A stretch of 64,000 nt of DNA from the NCBI GenBank assembly GCA_000182565.2, contig KQ257452.1. One strand, written 5' to 3'. The notes under the pieces are model-generated. The model did no database searches. It saw only the letters and a list, made by a program, of their open reading frames with translations, and had not been told where the DNA came from. This stretch comes from Spizellomyces punctatus DAOM BR117 (lineage: Eukaryota). Shown in pieces: positions 42,553 through 57,003 of this stretch. Made by a program: the position numbers and the translations under genes. Numbering within the stretch: position 1 is the first letter of the stretch; every line of letters begins with the position of its first letter.

Positions 42553-44591
42553 TTATATCAACGAGCGACCTGCATATCGCATGATTTGAGCCTAAATTTT
42601 AAAATGCGTAAGGGATGAGGGGCAGTTGCGCGTAATCCTCAAGCAAAATTCTTTTACCTTCACCGGAGACAGAGAGTTTGTCAGGTTGAGGCCAAATGAC
42701 CGCAGGGCGGCCACGGGGCCCAGGTCAGTCCCGAATAGACGTCCGATACTATCTATTGCCTTCATCATGGCCAAATTTGGTACATACCGCGATTGGGCGT
42801 ACTTCTCCAAAAGATGTATGTGACCTGTCCGTTATAACAAATAAGAATGCGCGTCATGATTTCCCGCACGAAGCGGACTTACCAATGTCCTGCCCTACTT
42901 GCAGACCATCAGTAATGGCCTGCGCCAAACTTTCAACATCTGCTAAACCCAGATTTAATCCCTGTCCTGCCAACGGATGAACCGTATGTGCAGCATCTCT
43001 GTAACAATTTTGGATATGAGAAGATGAAAAAGGGACGATACGGTGCCGTGACAGGCAGAGTGACAGGCAGAGCTCACCCTATCAAGGCGACCCGGCTCTT
43101 CACATAAAACTCGGAATTCCTCAATCGTAAAGGAAAAGCAGCCCGGCTGCCTGCCTGCACACCAACAACCTGTGGGGGAATTGGTTGTGAGGATGGATCA
43201 TAGGCAGCCTCACGTTGACGTCCCCAAGTCGATTCCTCCTTGAAATCAACCAACGGCTTTCCGTCAGGCGAAATGTGAGCGCAGAGATATTGGATATCAG
43301 CCGACGGTGAGGTGCACGCGGCGTTGAGGAGCTCAACAAATTCTGCTTCAGGTAAAGAGCAGACACGTGATGCGAGGGTAGGAGTGATTGACCAGACTAA
43401 TGAACTGTAGCCGTTGTTCAACTACGAAGTGGTCAGGACGGTGATACTACCTTGTGATTGTTCTGAGGTTTACTTACAGGGAGGAGAGCAATCGGACCGG
43501 TAGGTAGAAACCGTTGCCACGCAGTATCATTTTCAACACCGGGAGCCAGCTTGAGCGTTGCTACCACGCCCATTTGCGAGTAGTCCCATCCAATAGAATC
43601 GATGCCAGCAAACGTCCGAACTTTGGAATTCGCGCCATCTGCGCCCACCTTTACATCACGTTTAGCATAACGTTGGTGCGCCTGGTAAAGGAGCACGATT
43701 GAGTGCATGCTCACCAAGAGTCTACTTTGAATGGTCCGACCATCCTCTAACTGAACAATTGGCCAGCCGGTTGCGCTCTTCCCTTCGTCAGTCACAATAG
43801 ATTGCACCTTGGCGCGATTGAACACACTGACTGAGTTTCCCGCCTCTTGGAGTCTTTCAACCAGAGCTGCTTGGAGATGGTTGTTTTCTACAATGTACGC
43901 AATAGAATTTGCGCCAATCGTAGCTGCATCAAAGGCTATCTTGCCCTTTCCAATGGCATCCCACACCTGCAGATCTCGCGTTAGGTTAAATGGAATACGG
44001 CGATCCTTTCTTGGAAAGTTTTTCATCAACCTGCATTTTCTTGTATGGCCATCGTCGTGACGCTTCAATTCGCTCCCACACCTGCAAATCTTGAGGACGT
44101 TCAGCGAATCATTCTGAACCAGAAAATGGCCCACATGTAAAAAATGACCAAGAACCTTGGAGGAGACCAACTGTTCCTTGAGTCAGGGAACTAACGCGAT
44201 TGGAATAGATGCCTTCTTGAGCATTTAGAGGACGATACAGATCACCCGCCTCCACCAAGGCAACGTTCAAGGAGGATGCAGCTGGAGATGACGCTAATAT
44301 TTCACACAAACAAAGCAAGATGAGATGACATTTATGGACATGTATTCCAGCTCACCAATGTCACATACCCAGCGCACATGCAAGTGCTGTGCCCACAGTG
44401 CCCCCTCCTACGATGCAAACGTCGCAACTGTGCGATTCACCGGCGGGCAACGCATGTGTTGACGTGGAGAGGCTGCTGCAGGACGTGGGAGGAAATGGCC
44501 GGTTCCCAGCGGCGATTGACAGAAAGGGCCATCCCACCAGACGTCGCCCTCGCAGGGATCTGACGCCGCGTGCCAAGGCGATTGGCGTCAT
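42553..44591 (-). CDS. COQ6: Ubiquinone biosynthesis monooxygenase
   Basis: DVCIVGGGTVG, SNRVSSL, VGADGANSKVR, AWQRFLPTGPIALLP, FPLRL, DAAHTVHPLAGQGLNLG. Confidence 0.92.
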
Positions 44592-44777
44592 TTTTCCAAA
44601 CGGAATTCGTTTTGTGATCTCGATAACTTGGCAATTTCAACCTGCCACACACACATCCCGTCAAGTGATGATCCCAAATGTCACTTGTTGCCATAACAGG
44701 ACAATAATACCGCGTCTGGGTGAACTTGGCAAGTTCGCTCCCCCCCCTTCCTTTTGTTCGCAGTTTCTTTTTATCAG

Positions 44778-46521
44778 ATGGCCGACGACGCTTCATTGGC
44801 AAACGACAACAACGGTATCGCATCGTCTGCTGCTGCTTCTGCATCACCCTCTACACCCACCACCAGCGAGCTCGGTTCCACCGCTTCTTCCAACCGACCG
44901 CGCATCATTGTCGCAAGCCCAGAACCCATGAGAATGGCAGAAGCTGGCCACAAGTTTCCCAAAGGCACAGACTCGTCGTCGTCGCCATTCTTGCAAATCA
45001 GGTCCACGGACGATAAACACATTGTTTCCTCTTCGGCCCCATCCACCACTATGCTAGACGAGCTAGATGAACCTGTGGGGGCAACCTTAGCAGAAACACC
45101 TACTGGCTCCGAAACCCAAAGTACGAGCCCGCTGAACACACCGGATGAACGATCAATGGTCTATAGCCCGGGTGAAAGCGAAGTGGAGGATGAAAAGTAC
45201 ATACAGAGCCCGGATAGTGTTCATAGTCCGCTGACGTTTGACGACGAGGTTTCTCGCTCGAACGGCTTCAAAATTGGATTTGCAGAGGATAAGAACAAAA
45301 AGTACCGACGAACGATGGAGGTAAGGGGTCAATCTGTTTAGCTTTGAGAGAGGCTGTTTGTAAATCGACTCTACGCGCTGGTTGGCAGGATGCGCATGCT
45401 TACATTTATAATTTCACCAATACAAATGGATCAGGTGAGAACATTTGTACAAGGTGCTTGGCTATTCGTGTTATTGACCGTTTTATAGGGTGGTTTGCCA
45501 TTTATGACGGCCATGCAGGGAAAACGGCCGCTGAATGGTGCGGAGAGCATCTCCATGAGGTGGGTTACATGACACTGAATGAGAAGCAATTGCCCAGACA
45601 GGGTGGGATCTAACGACCTTGCTGTTTGTGCCGCGAAAGAATTTTGAGAAACTGCTACAAGAACGTCCATCGACGGCTGTTCCAGAACTGCTAAATGATT
45701 CATTCCTCGTTACCGACTCACAACTGGGCGAAAGAAAAGCCTCGTACTCTGGTTGTACAGCAGTAGTCGGTTTCATACGAACAGAAGATCGACCAAGTCC
45801 AAATGCAAGCAGCGACAGCGGAGCAAAGACACGAAAGCGAGTAGGTACCTTCTCGAACGTTGCATTACTGGTATTTTAATAACGCGACACTCCACAGAGA
45901 ATATTATATACTGCAAATGTGGGGGATGCAAGAGCCGTATTAGGGTGAGTCACAAATGCAAGAACCTACATGTCAACGACGTCGTCTCAAATGAGCCCCA
46001 TGCAGTCGAGACGGAAAGGCTATTCGATTATCGTACGATCATAAAGGATCTGATCCATTAGAAGCAAAACGGATCGTTGATTCCGGCGGATTCGTTATGA
46101 ATAACCGAGTCAACGGTACGTCATAAATTGGTTCAATTAGAGGGACCTACAATTGATTAGCGGGCATTGTTTAGGTGTTTTGGCGGTCACTCGTTCCTTA
46201 GGAGATATCACAATGAAAGACTGGATTATTGGGAGCCCGTATACAGCAGAAACGATATTAGACGAGAAAGACACATGTCTGATATTAGCTTGTGATGGCG
46301 TAAGTCCGATTGGTCCCCTCCGACATTAAGCAACGCCTGACGCATTCCTGTAGATATGGGACGTTTGTTCCGACCAAACTGCAATTGATCTGATAAAGGA
46401 TGTGACAGATCCGCAGCAGGCTGCGGAAGACCTTTTGGACTATGCGCTGGAGAACTTTTCGACGGACAATTTGAGTGTGCTAGTTGTCCGATTCGATCAA
46501 GAATATCTCTCACGATCGTAG
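44778..46521 (+). CDS. PTC1: Protein phosphatase 2C (PTC1-like)
   Basis: [57 protein letters not shown]. Confidence 0.9.
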
Positions 46522-46672
46522 TCTCAGCCCTTGTACAATAGTAATCCACACAGACACCACACACACACAATTCGTTTGCAGTTCATAAAGATGCCCGAGA
46601 GAGATGCTTCACAGGATCATATTAAATCCAACACATGCTACGCAACATTTAGCACATCAGAGGCATTAACGC

Positions 46673-47160
46673 TTAAGCGTTCTGAATGGTGACCTCAACC
46701 TCGACTCCGGGTTCAATGGAGATGGAAGTCTACAAGAATTAGACATTAGACAGATAGTTTCAAATCCGTGCCAGAAATATACATACAATCTGCTTGACAA
46801 TCTCCGAGGGGCTGTGGAGATCGATGAGACGCTTGTGGATACGCATCTCGTAACGGTCCCAGGTCTTGGAACCCTCACCACAAGGCGATTTGCGGGTGGT
46901 GATGCGGAGCACCTTGGTGGGAAGACGGACGGGTCCCTTGACCTTGAGCTGCTTGTCCTTGGCACGGTGGATCAAGTCAGCGCAGACTGTATTGAGAAAC
47001 AAGTCAGACATTTGCTCGGTTTATATGAAGCACGCTTTTGGTACGTACCCTTCTCGAGGTTCTTGACGTTGCGGCTAGTGAGGGTAATACGAATGCGGTG
47101 GATCTTGGGCTCAACAGCCTCCTCGTAACCAGCCTTTCCCTTGGGAGCGACGTAAGCCAT
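46673..47160 (-). CDS. RPS20: 40S ribosomal protein S20 (uS10)
   Basis: [57 protein letters not shown]. Confidence 0.97.
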
Positions 47161-47434
47161 TTTGTCTTTTGTTGGAATGGACGGAGATGGACTCAGCGGT
47201 GACTCCCTTAAAATGAGCAGAAGGAAGAACGAGAAAAGCACGACGACGACACATCCTTAAGTTGCGAACGAACAAGAAATTTTCAACTGAAGGCACAGTC
47301 ATCAAAACCGTCCAATCAGCGCCTTAGGTTAACACTATATCCGGCTTATAGCTGACGTAAGCGAACTCATCGTTGAGTTGGTGGAGCTTCCAGTTGCGCA
47401 TTTACAACAACACGGTGGGAATAGGAGGGACGCC

Positions 47435-49918
47435 ATGGCAGATAGGTCGCACGATCTCATACAGGCTGCTTTGGTGGGTACCGTCTCTGTATCACGACGT
47501 GAAGATCACGTTTATAACGTTTGCTGAATATCAGCTGCTGGCGATAGCAAAGCATAAGCCGGACCAGGTGTCTGCACTAGGTAGGAAGCGGGTAACAGCT
47601 GACGATCCCACCAAACTAATCAATGTCAAAGACTTTGTTGATCTGTTATCGCAACCGAATGTTTTGAACGAGCGGCTGACGAGAATAACGGCGGATACTC
47701 GTCTACTGGCGAAATCCGAGTTGGCTCGAAACGTTGGCGAAAACTTAGGGAAGGGGCAGGATCTGGAGTCCGCCCTTGCTAGTCTGCAAGTCAATAAGAA
47801 GGCGCGAGACGTCCGTAGGCAGACGGAACTGGAACAACGCGTGGAAGAGCTCGAGCAGGAGTTACTCGAGAAGAACAGGAAACTTTGTCAGGCAGAACTA
47901 GGTCGAGATTTGTTGATGATAATGGCCCTCAGGCAATCTTTGGATGCTATTAGCTGCTGACAACGCTTGCGTCTCATGCACCGGGGACTGGTGCGTTTTT
48001 GTAGAAGTCAGATCACTTTTTCTAAAACAACAAGAAGCAACTGGTAATGGGAAACGCAAGCAAAAGGCCCACAAGTATCAGAAGGCGAAAGCCGCAGAGG
48101 CAGCCAAAGCAGGTACAACGCGTACAAAGTCTGTAGTCTGTGTGATAGCTGAACACGCGGTGCTAACATCATCACGATCGATCAGAGTGTTCACCGTTCG
48201 AAGGGGAGACTGGCCTACGCGAGCGGGTAGAGTTTCTTGAGCTTGTCAGACTGCTTGTGAGGAGTTGCGGAGATGGGATGGGGAAAGGTACTGGTAAATG
48301 CTGAGGCGCCTGCCCGTATCTCATCGTAATAGCTGTGCTGAGTGAAGTCAATCTGTTGAAGGTATCATGAGCGACTATGGCGATACAATCGCAACGACAA
48401 TTAAACAGACCGCTGGACTCGTTATGGAGAATTTTCGACGTAAAATAGAATTGTTGCAAATGTCGGTAGAGCGAGAAGCCAATGGTGACGAAGAAGGATG
48501 TAGTCAACCTTCACTGCAGTCCTTGGAGAGGGTGATCTCTGTAGCATCCGAACTTCTATTAAAACTCCTAGGTTTGTACTGAGGGTTTATTTCTCGTATC
48601 CTATTTCAGCTGCTCAATTGTTTCAGGCTTCGCGTCGACAAAGTACCTTTTACCAAATCAACAAGAAGAGCTCATCATCGTCTTTAGCAGCGTTGTGCGG
48701 CAGATTACCGAATCAATCTACGTTGTCGGGCAGGTAGTGAATGATATTCGCTTGTTGCAAGGGACCACAGACGGAAACGAGCTTCCGGAGAACACCACAG
48801 TCTCTGAAGCGGTCCAAAAGCCGTTCGACCTTCGTCAGCAGTTGTGCAATATCATTGTCAATTTGTGTAAGGAGCAAACGATGATTGTTCCCTCGGCTCT
48901 TCTCGTAATGGCGAGGGGATGCGCTGCGATGGCTTCTTTTTTGCGGCCTACGACAACTGTATTGCCCAAGGTTTTTTCCGATCCACTGGCTGAGGATCAG
49001 AACGAACAGGCACGATTGCCTTTTCACTCTTGGCAATCACCTCTCGCAAGAGATAATGAGGAATATGCGACCGCATCGGCATTGGATACCGCCTATTATT
49101 ACCTTCTTGGACTGGATGAGCTTCTGAAGCTCGCAGAACTGAATACATTTGACAGCGCCCTTTATGGGGGTCTTATTACAGGTGCGCTAATATTGGGTAT
49201 CAAAATTTGCGCACTCCAGAAATTGTGATCATCTGCCGCACTTTCCACAGAGAAACTTGCGAAAACCTGCTATTCATTGCTCGAAGACTGCCTGGTACGG
49301 ACGCCACTCGAGTATTCCACGTATGCGTTTCGTGTGTGTATTCGTTTCCAGGAGCTCTTGGGACGTGGACAGTTTTGCGTAGACACTACGGTGATTGCAT
49401 TGATAGATCGCTGTCTCAGAGCAAATAGGTTGGATGATGGGCACGATATTGGCTATTCGAACCTGTCAGATTCGAGGACTATAGACTCGTATGAAACGGT
49501 CTCCAGCAACACCAATCGGATGGACCTGGACATGTATTGGCCTGCCGCAAATACATTGGGCCGCGAGGACGACTCGTCTATACTAGGACCCGTAAATAAT
49601 GAGGAGCATCGAGTTGCTCAGGTGTCATGTTATTGTCAACAGGTGAGTGAGCTTATTCCTGTAAAACACATCCAATAACTTTTCATCCGATCAATGTCCA
49701 CCAGCCGGCTTCAGGGAACATGATTGCCTGCAGCGGACTGGTGAGTACAGCATGCCGGATTAGCGAACGGCGTACCGATTAGAATTTTCATAACATTTTC
49801 GCGGATGTAGAGGTGTCCTATTAATTGGTTCCATTATGGTTGCGTGGGCTTAACCACACCTCCTATTACTCAATGGTTTTGTCCGAATTGTGCGTGCGTT
49901 AATACCCAGGAAAGATAG
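47435..49918 (+). CDS. Multi-exon protein with coiled coil and C-terminal ING-type PHD finger (may be two genes)
   Basis: Spliced terminal exons give [37 protein letters not shown]; start and exon linkage uncertain. Confidence 0.55.
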
Positions 49919-50086
49919 GACCCTATAAAGTAATTTACTTGATGTTCGATGCTCTCAAATGCCTTTGTTTGCTCAAATGAAAAATATATTAAGCGTGCGA
50001 TAAATCCTTTACAGTGTATACTTTTGTGGTGGCAGTCCTTCTGGCAAACTGTCATGGGTCATAGGATCTCAATGTCCCACATATTC

Positions 50087-51223
50087 CTACTCTTCTGGCT
50101 TCTTCCCTTTGTCGGCCGATCCTTCCGCAGGGGTTGCATCCGCTGCTGCTGCTTCTGCCTGCTGCTGCAGCTGCCAAGCAGGAATGGTAGGCTTACTCGG
50201 GATGTTAACCAGGCCCCCTCGTGCAAAGGGACCTGGCTCTGTCACGGGTGTTGTCGAGCCGTCATTCGTTCCAGGCAATGAGGTAGACGGGGTAGGTGCA
50301 GATACAGGTAGGCGACGGTTAAGGAGGAGATTCTTCAGGGATTTGATTTCGGTTTGCAGATCGGATATGACGGCGGTTTGAGATTCTTTGGTCTTGTCCA
50401 GCATCTACCAGGGATAAAAATCAGTAAGATAGTTGCATTTTGTTGCAAATTGGCACCCATTCAATCACCTTGGGAATCATGTCTCTAATGCTGTCAATAT
50501 CGCCTTTTAGTTCCTCCAATTCCTTATCTCTTCGCTCATCTTTTTCACGAAGAGCTTTCAAAGTATCCACCATGCCTTCCAAGGCCTTGCTCACTTTGAC
50601 AGCCTGTGCGTCAACTGCTTTCATAACTTCACTAGTCTCTTCTTTTACCACTTCCAAAACTGAAGACGTGGACTCAAGTTGTGAAGCGATCTGCGCGTTT
50701 GAGGCTTCCAGTGACTTTTCACTGGGGAAACTCAAGAGCGGCAGAAGATAGCGCTAGGTAAACCATGAGTGTTGAGATTTTCAGGACTAAAGACGATGCC
50801 GGTCATTGATCGGCTTACCTTTGCCAATGTATATACGCCATATCCGGCTCCGATCGCGCCCACAGCTCCAAGAGTGTAGTCCTTCCATGTGTAGGGCTGT
50901 ACAACTGCCTGTGGTGGTCCATATGCTACCGGCTGGGGATAGCCAGCGGCATTATAGACCACTGGATAGGCACCAGACTGGGCGTAGCCAGCTGGACCAC
51001 TCGGTGGCAGTGGTGGAGCTCCGTTGGCCACTGCTGCTGACGTCGCGCCAGAAGATGAAGAGCCCGATGTTCGGCTCATAGCTTCCTCAATTTCGTCCGC
51101 ACTGAGTCCCTTGGTTTCGAGAAAGGCTATTCGTTTGGCGAGAGGGGACTCTTGAACTTTGGGATCTTTCAGAAAGCGCACCGCGCTTTGCACAATGTCT
51201 TCTCGCACCCCGGGTTTCACCAT
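50087..51223 (-). CDS. PEX14: Peroxisomal membrane anchor protein Pex14
   Basis: REDIVQSAVRFLKDPKVQESPLAKRIAFLETKGLSADEI, TWKDY, coiled coil, IPAWQL; start uncertain. Confidence 0.92.
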
Positions 51224-51501
51224 TCTAAGAAAAGGGAGCAATGAGGGACATGCCCGTCATAATAACTGTTCCTGGAAATGTTGAGTCGTTCATATACCTG
51301 TCTTGTCAGCAAGGTGGATTGGGCAAAATGCCAGATGTAGATCAGAAACTTGCAGTCTGCCCGGTTGGATTTTCCTCCCGAAAGTTAGTCATGCATTTAG
51401 CTGTAAAGGGAAAGTTTATGCACAGTCATGGAAGCCAACATGCGTTCACGGCCAGTTGGGCTTTTTCGCCGTTTACCCTTGTAAACGATTTCATTTTGAC
51501 G

Positions 51502-52560
51502 ATGGCAGGCCCCAAAGAAGGAGCGAAAAGAGGTATGCGCTTTACAACCGGGAACTCTTGTCATGAAGCAAACTCAATCCTTTCCGTCGACAGGCCCGTC
51601 TGCCCTTGTGCAGCTATATCTCACTCTTTATAACTTCGCGTCTGCCACGGCCTGGGGATTTACACTGTTCTTGCTCGTTAAAAGTGTTCTAGAGACAAAT
51701 GTAAAACAGTCTTATGACGCTTGTGGATGGACGGTGACTGTTGTCCAATCTGTGGCGATTCTAGAGGTACGTTGCATAGGGAAAGTTGATCGGTTTGAAG
51801 TTTTAGATTGCTAAACATCGCGCATGTCCACAGGTCCTTCATGCCATATTTGGTCAGCCTCCACTGTTGTGAAAGCGTTTTTTTGCACACATTCAAATAT
51901 GCTTTGTCTACAGGATTGGTGAAAACCCCGGTCGTAACGACCGTGATCCAAGTCTCGTCGCGTTTGCTTCTCGTATGGGGCGTTACCTATCCTTTCAATA
52001 TCCCCGAGGTACATACTCTGTCCAAAGGGATACATATATAGATGCGGAGCTCTGATACTTGATGTCATCTGTCTCCTAGGTTCGGGAGCACTGGGCGTTC
52101 ACCACGATGGTTGGAGCATGGTGTGTTGCCGAGATTGTTCGTTACCTCTATTATGGATTCAATCTTGTGGGATCCCAACCTGCATGGCTCATCTGGTGCC
52201 GGTAAGCAATCTCATTTTCAAGTAATGTTTTGCCCTGGCCGGTGCTCACATGTTGCATCATTTAGGTACAACTTCTTCTTTATTCTCTACCCCGTTGGTG
52301 CTGGAAGTGAATGGATCTTGCTCATCCAATCCCTGTCCGCCGTCCGACAATTTGATGAACGCCTTTGGGCCCTCTATGTCATCATTGCTGGCTTATATCC
52401 TCCTGGTATGTTCACAAGGCAATTCGTTAAGCTTGGATGCGGCTGTTTCTCATTACATCTGGTTGTTCCAGGTCTGTTTAAAATGTATTCTCATATGATG
52501 GGACAGCGGAGAAAGTACTTGAAAGGAACACAAGAGTCCAAAACCAAAAAGCGCGCATAG
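51502..52560 (+). CDS. PHS1: Very-long-chain 3-hydroxyacyl-CoA dehydratase (HACD/PTPLA)
   Basis: YLTLYN, VQSVAILE, IQVSSR, AWCVAEIVRY, RYNFFFILYPVG, YSHMMGQRRK, di-lysine C-terminus. Confidence 0.9.
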
Positions 52561-52767
52561 AGACTATATCATACATAATGTAGTATTAGAGTTTTCGACG
52601 TTCTCATCTGTATGGATCTTCAATGACATTTGGGAAGGCAAACACCAACTTTTGAAGCCCAACCTCCTCGAGTGGTTCAAACCAAAACATGGGCACGTTG
52701 CATGACGCGTTCTGGACTTTGAGCTCAACCGACCGTTGTTCACACCTTTTTTCGCGGATATGCAACG

Positions 52768-53667
52768 ATGATCTTTCTAAGTCTTCTGACTTACCTAGGG
52801 GGTTTACTTGGGTTTGCCTTTATCACGTTGAGTTTGGGTGAGTTCGTGTCGCCAAGTTGCCGTGGAACATGCATTTCATTTATTTGCGTGATGTGACGGC
52901 CAGCCTGTGGATTGTATTACCTGGCAGAATTAGTCGAGGTACGCATTGGATCTTGTCAAAAGCGGGTATACCTGCTGGTCTAATGAATTTGCAGGAACAC
53001 ACAGTCTTGACAAAGCGGGTCATCAAATATGCGACAATAGTGCGTAGTTGATCACGCCGTCCGGGCCGCCATGTTGAACTCACAAAGACCATTGTACAGG
53101 CAACGATGGCAGCACACGTTCTGCTATGGCTAGTAGACGGCCTCCCATTTCTCCGAATACTCTTTTCGCTGTCTTGTCACCTCTGGTACAGCCAACTCCT
53201 GCGAACTTTCCCAACCATTGAGCTGTCAAGTGTCGCGTTCGTTCTCAGTTGCGGTATGATTGACTACCCCGAGGCAGAAACGAGATACTGGATGGTCGGC
53301 ACTTACATGACCAATGTCTCACTTTAGTTCTCGTAATCGTTGATCATTTTGTGTGGTTCTTTTATTTCACGGATCACTACCACACTTTCATGGAAATAGC
53401 AACGTTCTTTGGACTTATTGTGTGGTTGATTCCGTTCATGTACTTTATTTCGTTGAGTGCCAATGAATATACACTACCGGCCTTTGGTAAGTTCGGATGC
53501 ATACCTGGTCCTTACGAAAGCGAACTTCTCACCATGCTTGCACAGACACTGCCGCACGGGAAACACCACAGAGAAAAAAGACAAATCTGGTGAAGACTAT
53601 CGCTAGTTATTTGGGAGTCATCAAGGGAACCGTCCTTCCAGACGCAAATTCTCGTAAGCCTTTCTAG
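52768..53667 (+). CDS. SVP26: SVP26/TEX261 family membrane adaptor
   Basis: GLYYLAELVEEHTVLTKR, HFVWFFYF, VWLIPFMYFISLSANEYTLP. Confidence 0.88.
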
Positions 53668-53902
53668 GTCGATTTGCACTTCTGGTGGAGGGTGGAGTTT
53701 ATCTGTTTTTAGCCTGCTATATAGCAATAATTTATAGTATCCAATTTACTGGCACTGAAGATCCACAAGAAACTTTCTATTACCGGTCCCCATCAGATTG
53801 GCGCAAGTGGCCCCATCAAGCAGATACCCGCATATAAACCAAAATTACAATGACACTGAACAATGAAAATGAATTATGCACATCATAGGAAACAGTAGGT
53901 CC

Positions 53903-55503
53903 TCAGTTTGACGACAGAGGGTTGGTAAATTTCCGGTACGATCCCGGTCCGGTCCAGTGGCCCTTCACCATTCCGTGCCAGTAGATCGCAGGGATTACCT
54001 ATAAAATGATGAAAATTCATGTTGGTAAAGTCCTCGTCGCGGTGCGCCAAGGTCAGACCAAGAACTTACGTCAGACGTGAGATAGTATGAAAATGCGGAT
54101 TCCTTGCCCTGGTTGAACGGGAAGGTCTAGATGACAATATTAGCACTGGACTGCTGGCTGTGGGGCTGACCCATATGGTTGACCTACCTCTTGAGGTTGG
54201 CCTGTGTATCCAGAGAACTCGGCCAGGATGAGCTTGCCACGTCCAGTAATTAGTGGGCAGCTAGTGTATCCACCATATGTGCTTGGCGTTTCTTTCGCGG
54301 CCTTGATAGTGCTAAGAAGATTGTGACTGGTCACAGCAGATTGGGCAGCGGCAGCAGCAGCCGTCTTTGATGTTGGAAGACTACTAGAGTCACCAAGAGC
54401 GAAAATGTTGGAGTACTTATTGTGCTGCGTTGTTTCCTTGTTCACGTCGACCCATCCGTCAGCATTGGCGAGGCCGCTCTCCTTGATGAACTTAGGAGCA
54501 CTCATGGGTGGAGTCACGTGCAGAAGGTCATACTTGATGGTCTTCTCCCCTCCTTGAGGACCCAGGTTCTTGAACACGGCCTCCTTACGGTCTGGACGAA
54601 TCTCAGCAAGATTGGAGAGGAGATTCACATCGATGTTACGACTTTGGCAGACCTTTGTCAATTCGGCCGCATACTTGTCAATGGCAAAGATTTTCCCCAT
54701 CCCGGTATGGAACTGGACATTCGTCTTATCCCGGATTCCGTTCTGTCTAAAAATCTCTTCGGCAAGATAAGCGATCTTTTGAGGGGCCCCCGCACATTTG
54801 ATGGGCGTGGCAGGTTGAGTAAATATGGCGTTTCCTCCTTTAAACGCGCGAATGAACTCGTTCGTCTTCTCCACAGATTCCGCAGAGTAGTTGCTAGTGA
54901 CACCATCTTTTCCCAGCGTTTCTTGCAGTCCAGGGATTTTGTCCCAGTCCACATTGATACCCGATGCAACAACTAGGAAATCGTACTTGATTTCCTTTCC
55001 GTCGGTCAGCACGACCTTGTTTTCTGGATCAATCTTTGTCACACGCTTTTGAAGCAACTCGGCCTACAAGTACGCGATGGTAAGGATCTGTCACATTGTT
55101 CACCGTGTACACTCTGCAGCAGACTAACCTCCTCGGGCACCAACTCGCTCATGGGCTTCTCACTGTCACTGAAAGGTTTCAAGCCCGCTCCAACAAATGT
55201 CCATAGAGGTTGATAGTAGTGCTTCGCGCTGGGATCCACAACAAGAATGTCCTTCTTTCCTTTGAACAAAGGATCCCGCGCCAACTGAGCCGTCACGGCC
55301 ATACCAGCTGAGCCACCACCGACAACAACAACCTATACAGCCGGTGATAAGAGTATTGCACAAACAAGCAAAGCCAACCGAGTGAGCGACATGTGTGTGT
55401 CGCTGATCTATACCTTATATTTGTCAGCAGGGTTCGCAGAAGCTACGGTTGCAAACCCTCGGAGTGCTGACCGTGAAAGAGGACGAGAGAGTGAGGAAAG
55501 CAT
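53903..55503 (-). CDS. SQOR: Sulfide:quinone oxidoreductase, mitochondrial
   Basis: VVGGGSAG, HYYQPLWTFVGAG, PIKCAGAPQK, LHVTPPM, ALGDSSSLPTSKTAAA, YGGYTSCPL. Confidence 0.93.
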
Positions 55504-55776
55504 GTTGACGACTCCAGATATCTTCTTTGATGATATAACAAAAGCAAGGCTACTCTGTAGATCGCAAAGATCTCTCCTTGAGCAAATGGGATGGCAGAAA
55601 CAAGGACGTCCTCGGCGGCGGGCTGCTGAGGAAGAATGCTCAATGGATTGGCTCGAAATGGCGCGATACAGGTGGCGCAGCCGATCGCCTCGGTGGCACA
55701 GTCGTAAAAGCCATGTTGGTGACAAACGCGGACATTTGGCGAAAGACTTTAGCCATGGCGTCGAGGCGATTGAACG

Positions 55777-56889
55777 ATGCGGTCCATGACGGCGAACGAC
55801 GACGAGACGTGGGCGAACTGGCAGGGGGGTCTGGTACCCGAATTGAAAGAAAAGGCGACGTTCAAGGACCTGGTCTTCCCTGGGTGTCATGATGCGGGCG
55901 CGTATGGTTCTGCCGACCTTGTGCACACAAGTGAAAATAAACCCATTCCAATCCTGCTTCCATACTTCCGCTGGCTTCCCGGAATAAGGGATTTGGTTGA
56001 AGGAATGACAAGGATGCAAGAAACGGACATTAGGACCCAGCTACTTCACGGCAGTCGATATTTTGACCTGCGCTTTGCTCGACCGAATGGCCTGAACGAA
56101 CTGCACGTCGCCCATGCGGTCGCATATCAATCTGCAGTGGCCGTCCTCGAGCAAATTCAAACCTTTTTGGAGGGGCATCCTACCGAGATATTGATTTTAC
56201 TGCTGCGAAATGCATATACGCAAAACACTGACACAGCGGAAATTGCAAGGCTCGTGCTAAGCTACGTCAAGCCATATGTTCATCGTAACCTGGCGCAACA
56301 CAAAACCTATGCCAGTGTATCGGAGATGATTGCCAAGAACGAGCGAGTCATTTTGGTATACGAGGGAGCTCGTGCTGAGGATGACACTATCCGCAACAGC
56401 GATTGGTGGTGGCAAGCTGAGAAGCTCTTCTCTTGGACCTGGATCGTCAACAATGGTGATTGGAAGGAAAGGACGGACTGGATGGTCGAACACTGTCGGA
56501 GATGGAAGTCAGAATTTGGGAGCTGGGATGCTGCTCGACATAACGATCCGCACACACCTAAAAAGATGCTCATTTGGTCACACGAAATATCCCTCAACGG
56601 GGGAGTGGCGGTACGGAATCATTTGAGGCAACGGTGGTTTGGCCGTCCCAACCCCGCCGACCCCAGCCAAATGACATTCCGTCAGCATGCAGCTCAATAC
56701 AATCAACTTTTCCGTGGTCACTTTTTGGAGACGAGTCCTTTCATTCCCCCAGATCTGCGTGACGACATTGGAATCGTACACGTGGACTTTGAGTGGGAGG
56801 TATATCGGCAAGTAATGGAGTATACGATAAAGACCATGGCAGCAAGGTTTTTAGAAATACGAAAGAGGTCAGGCCCGGTGTATGGATAG
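55777..56889 (+). CDS. PI-PLC X-domain-containing protein (intronless)
   Basis: LVFPGCHDAGAY, QLLHGSRYFDLR, FLEGHPTEILIL. Confidence 0.85.
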   Translation: MRSMTANDDETWANWQGGLVPELKEKATFKDLVFPGCHDAGAYGSADLVHTSENKPIPILLPYFRWLPGIRDLVEGMTRMQETDIRTQLLHGSRYFDLRFARPNGLNELHVAHAVAYQSAVAVLEQIQTFLEGHPTEILILLLRNAYTQNTDTAEIARLVLSYVKPYVHRNLAQHKTYASVSEMIAKNERVILVYEGARAEDDTIRNSDWWWQAEKLFSWTWIVNNGDWKERTDWMVEHCRRWKSEFGSWDAARHNDPHTPKKMLIWSHEISLNGGVAVRNHLRQRWFGRPNPADPSQMTFRQHAAQYNQLFRGHFLETSPFIPPDLRDDIGIVHVDFEWEVYRQVMEYTIKTMAARFLEIRKRSGPVYG

Positions 56890-57003
56890 CGTCTCGCACA
56901 CAGTCTTGCCTCTCTTTTTTTAACTGTCACAGTACATATCACAACGCTACTCTAAGCAACCGCTTCCTTATTAGACAACTTTCATGTTGTGTGCTCCTGC
57001 CAG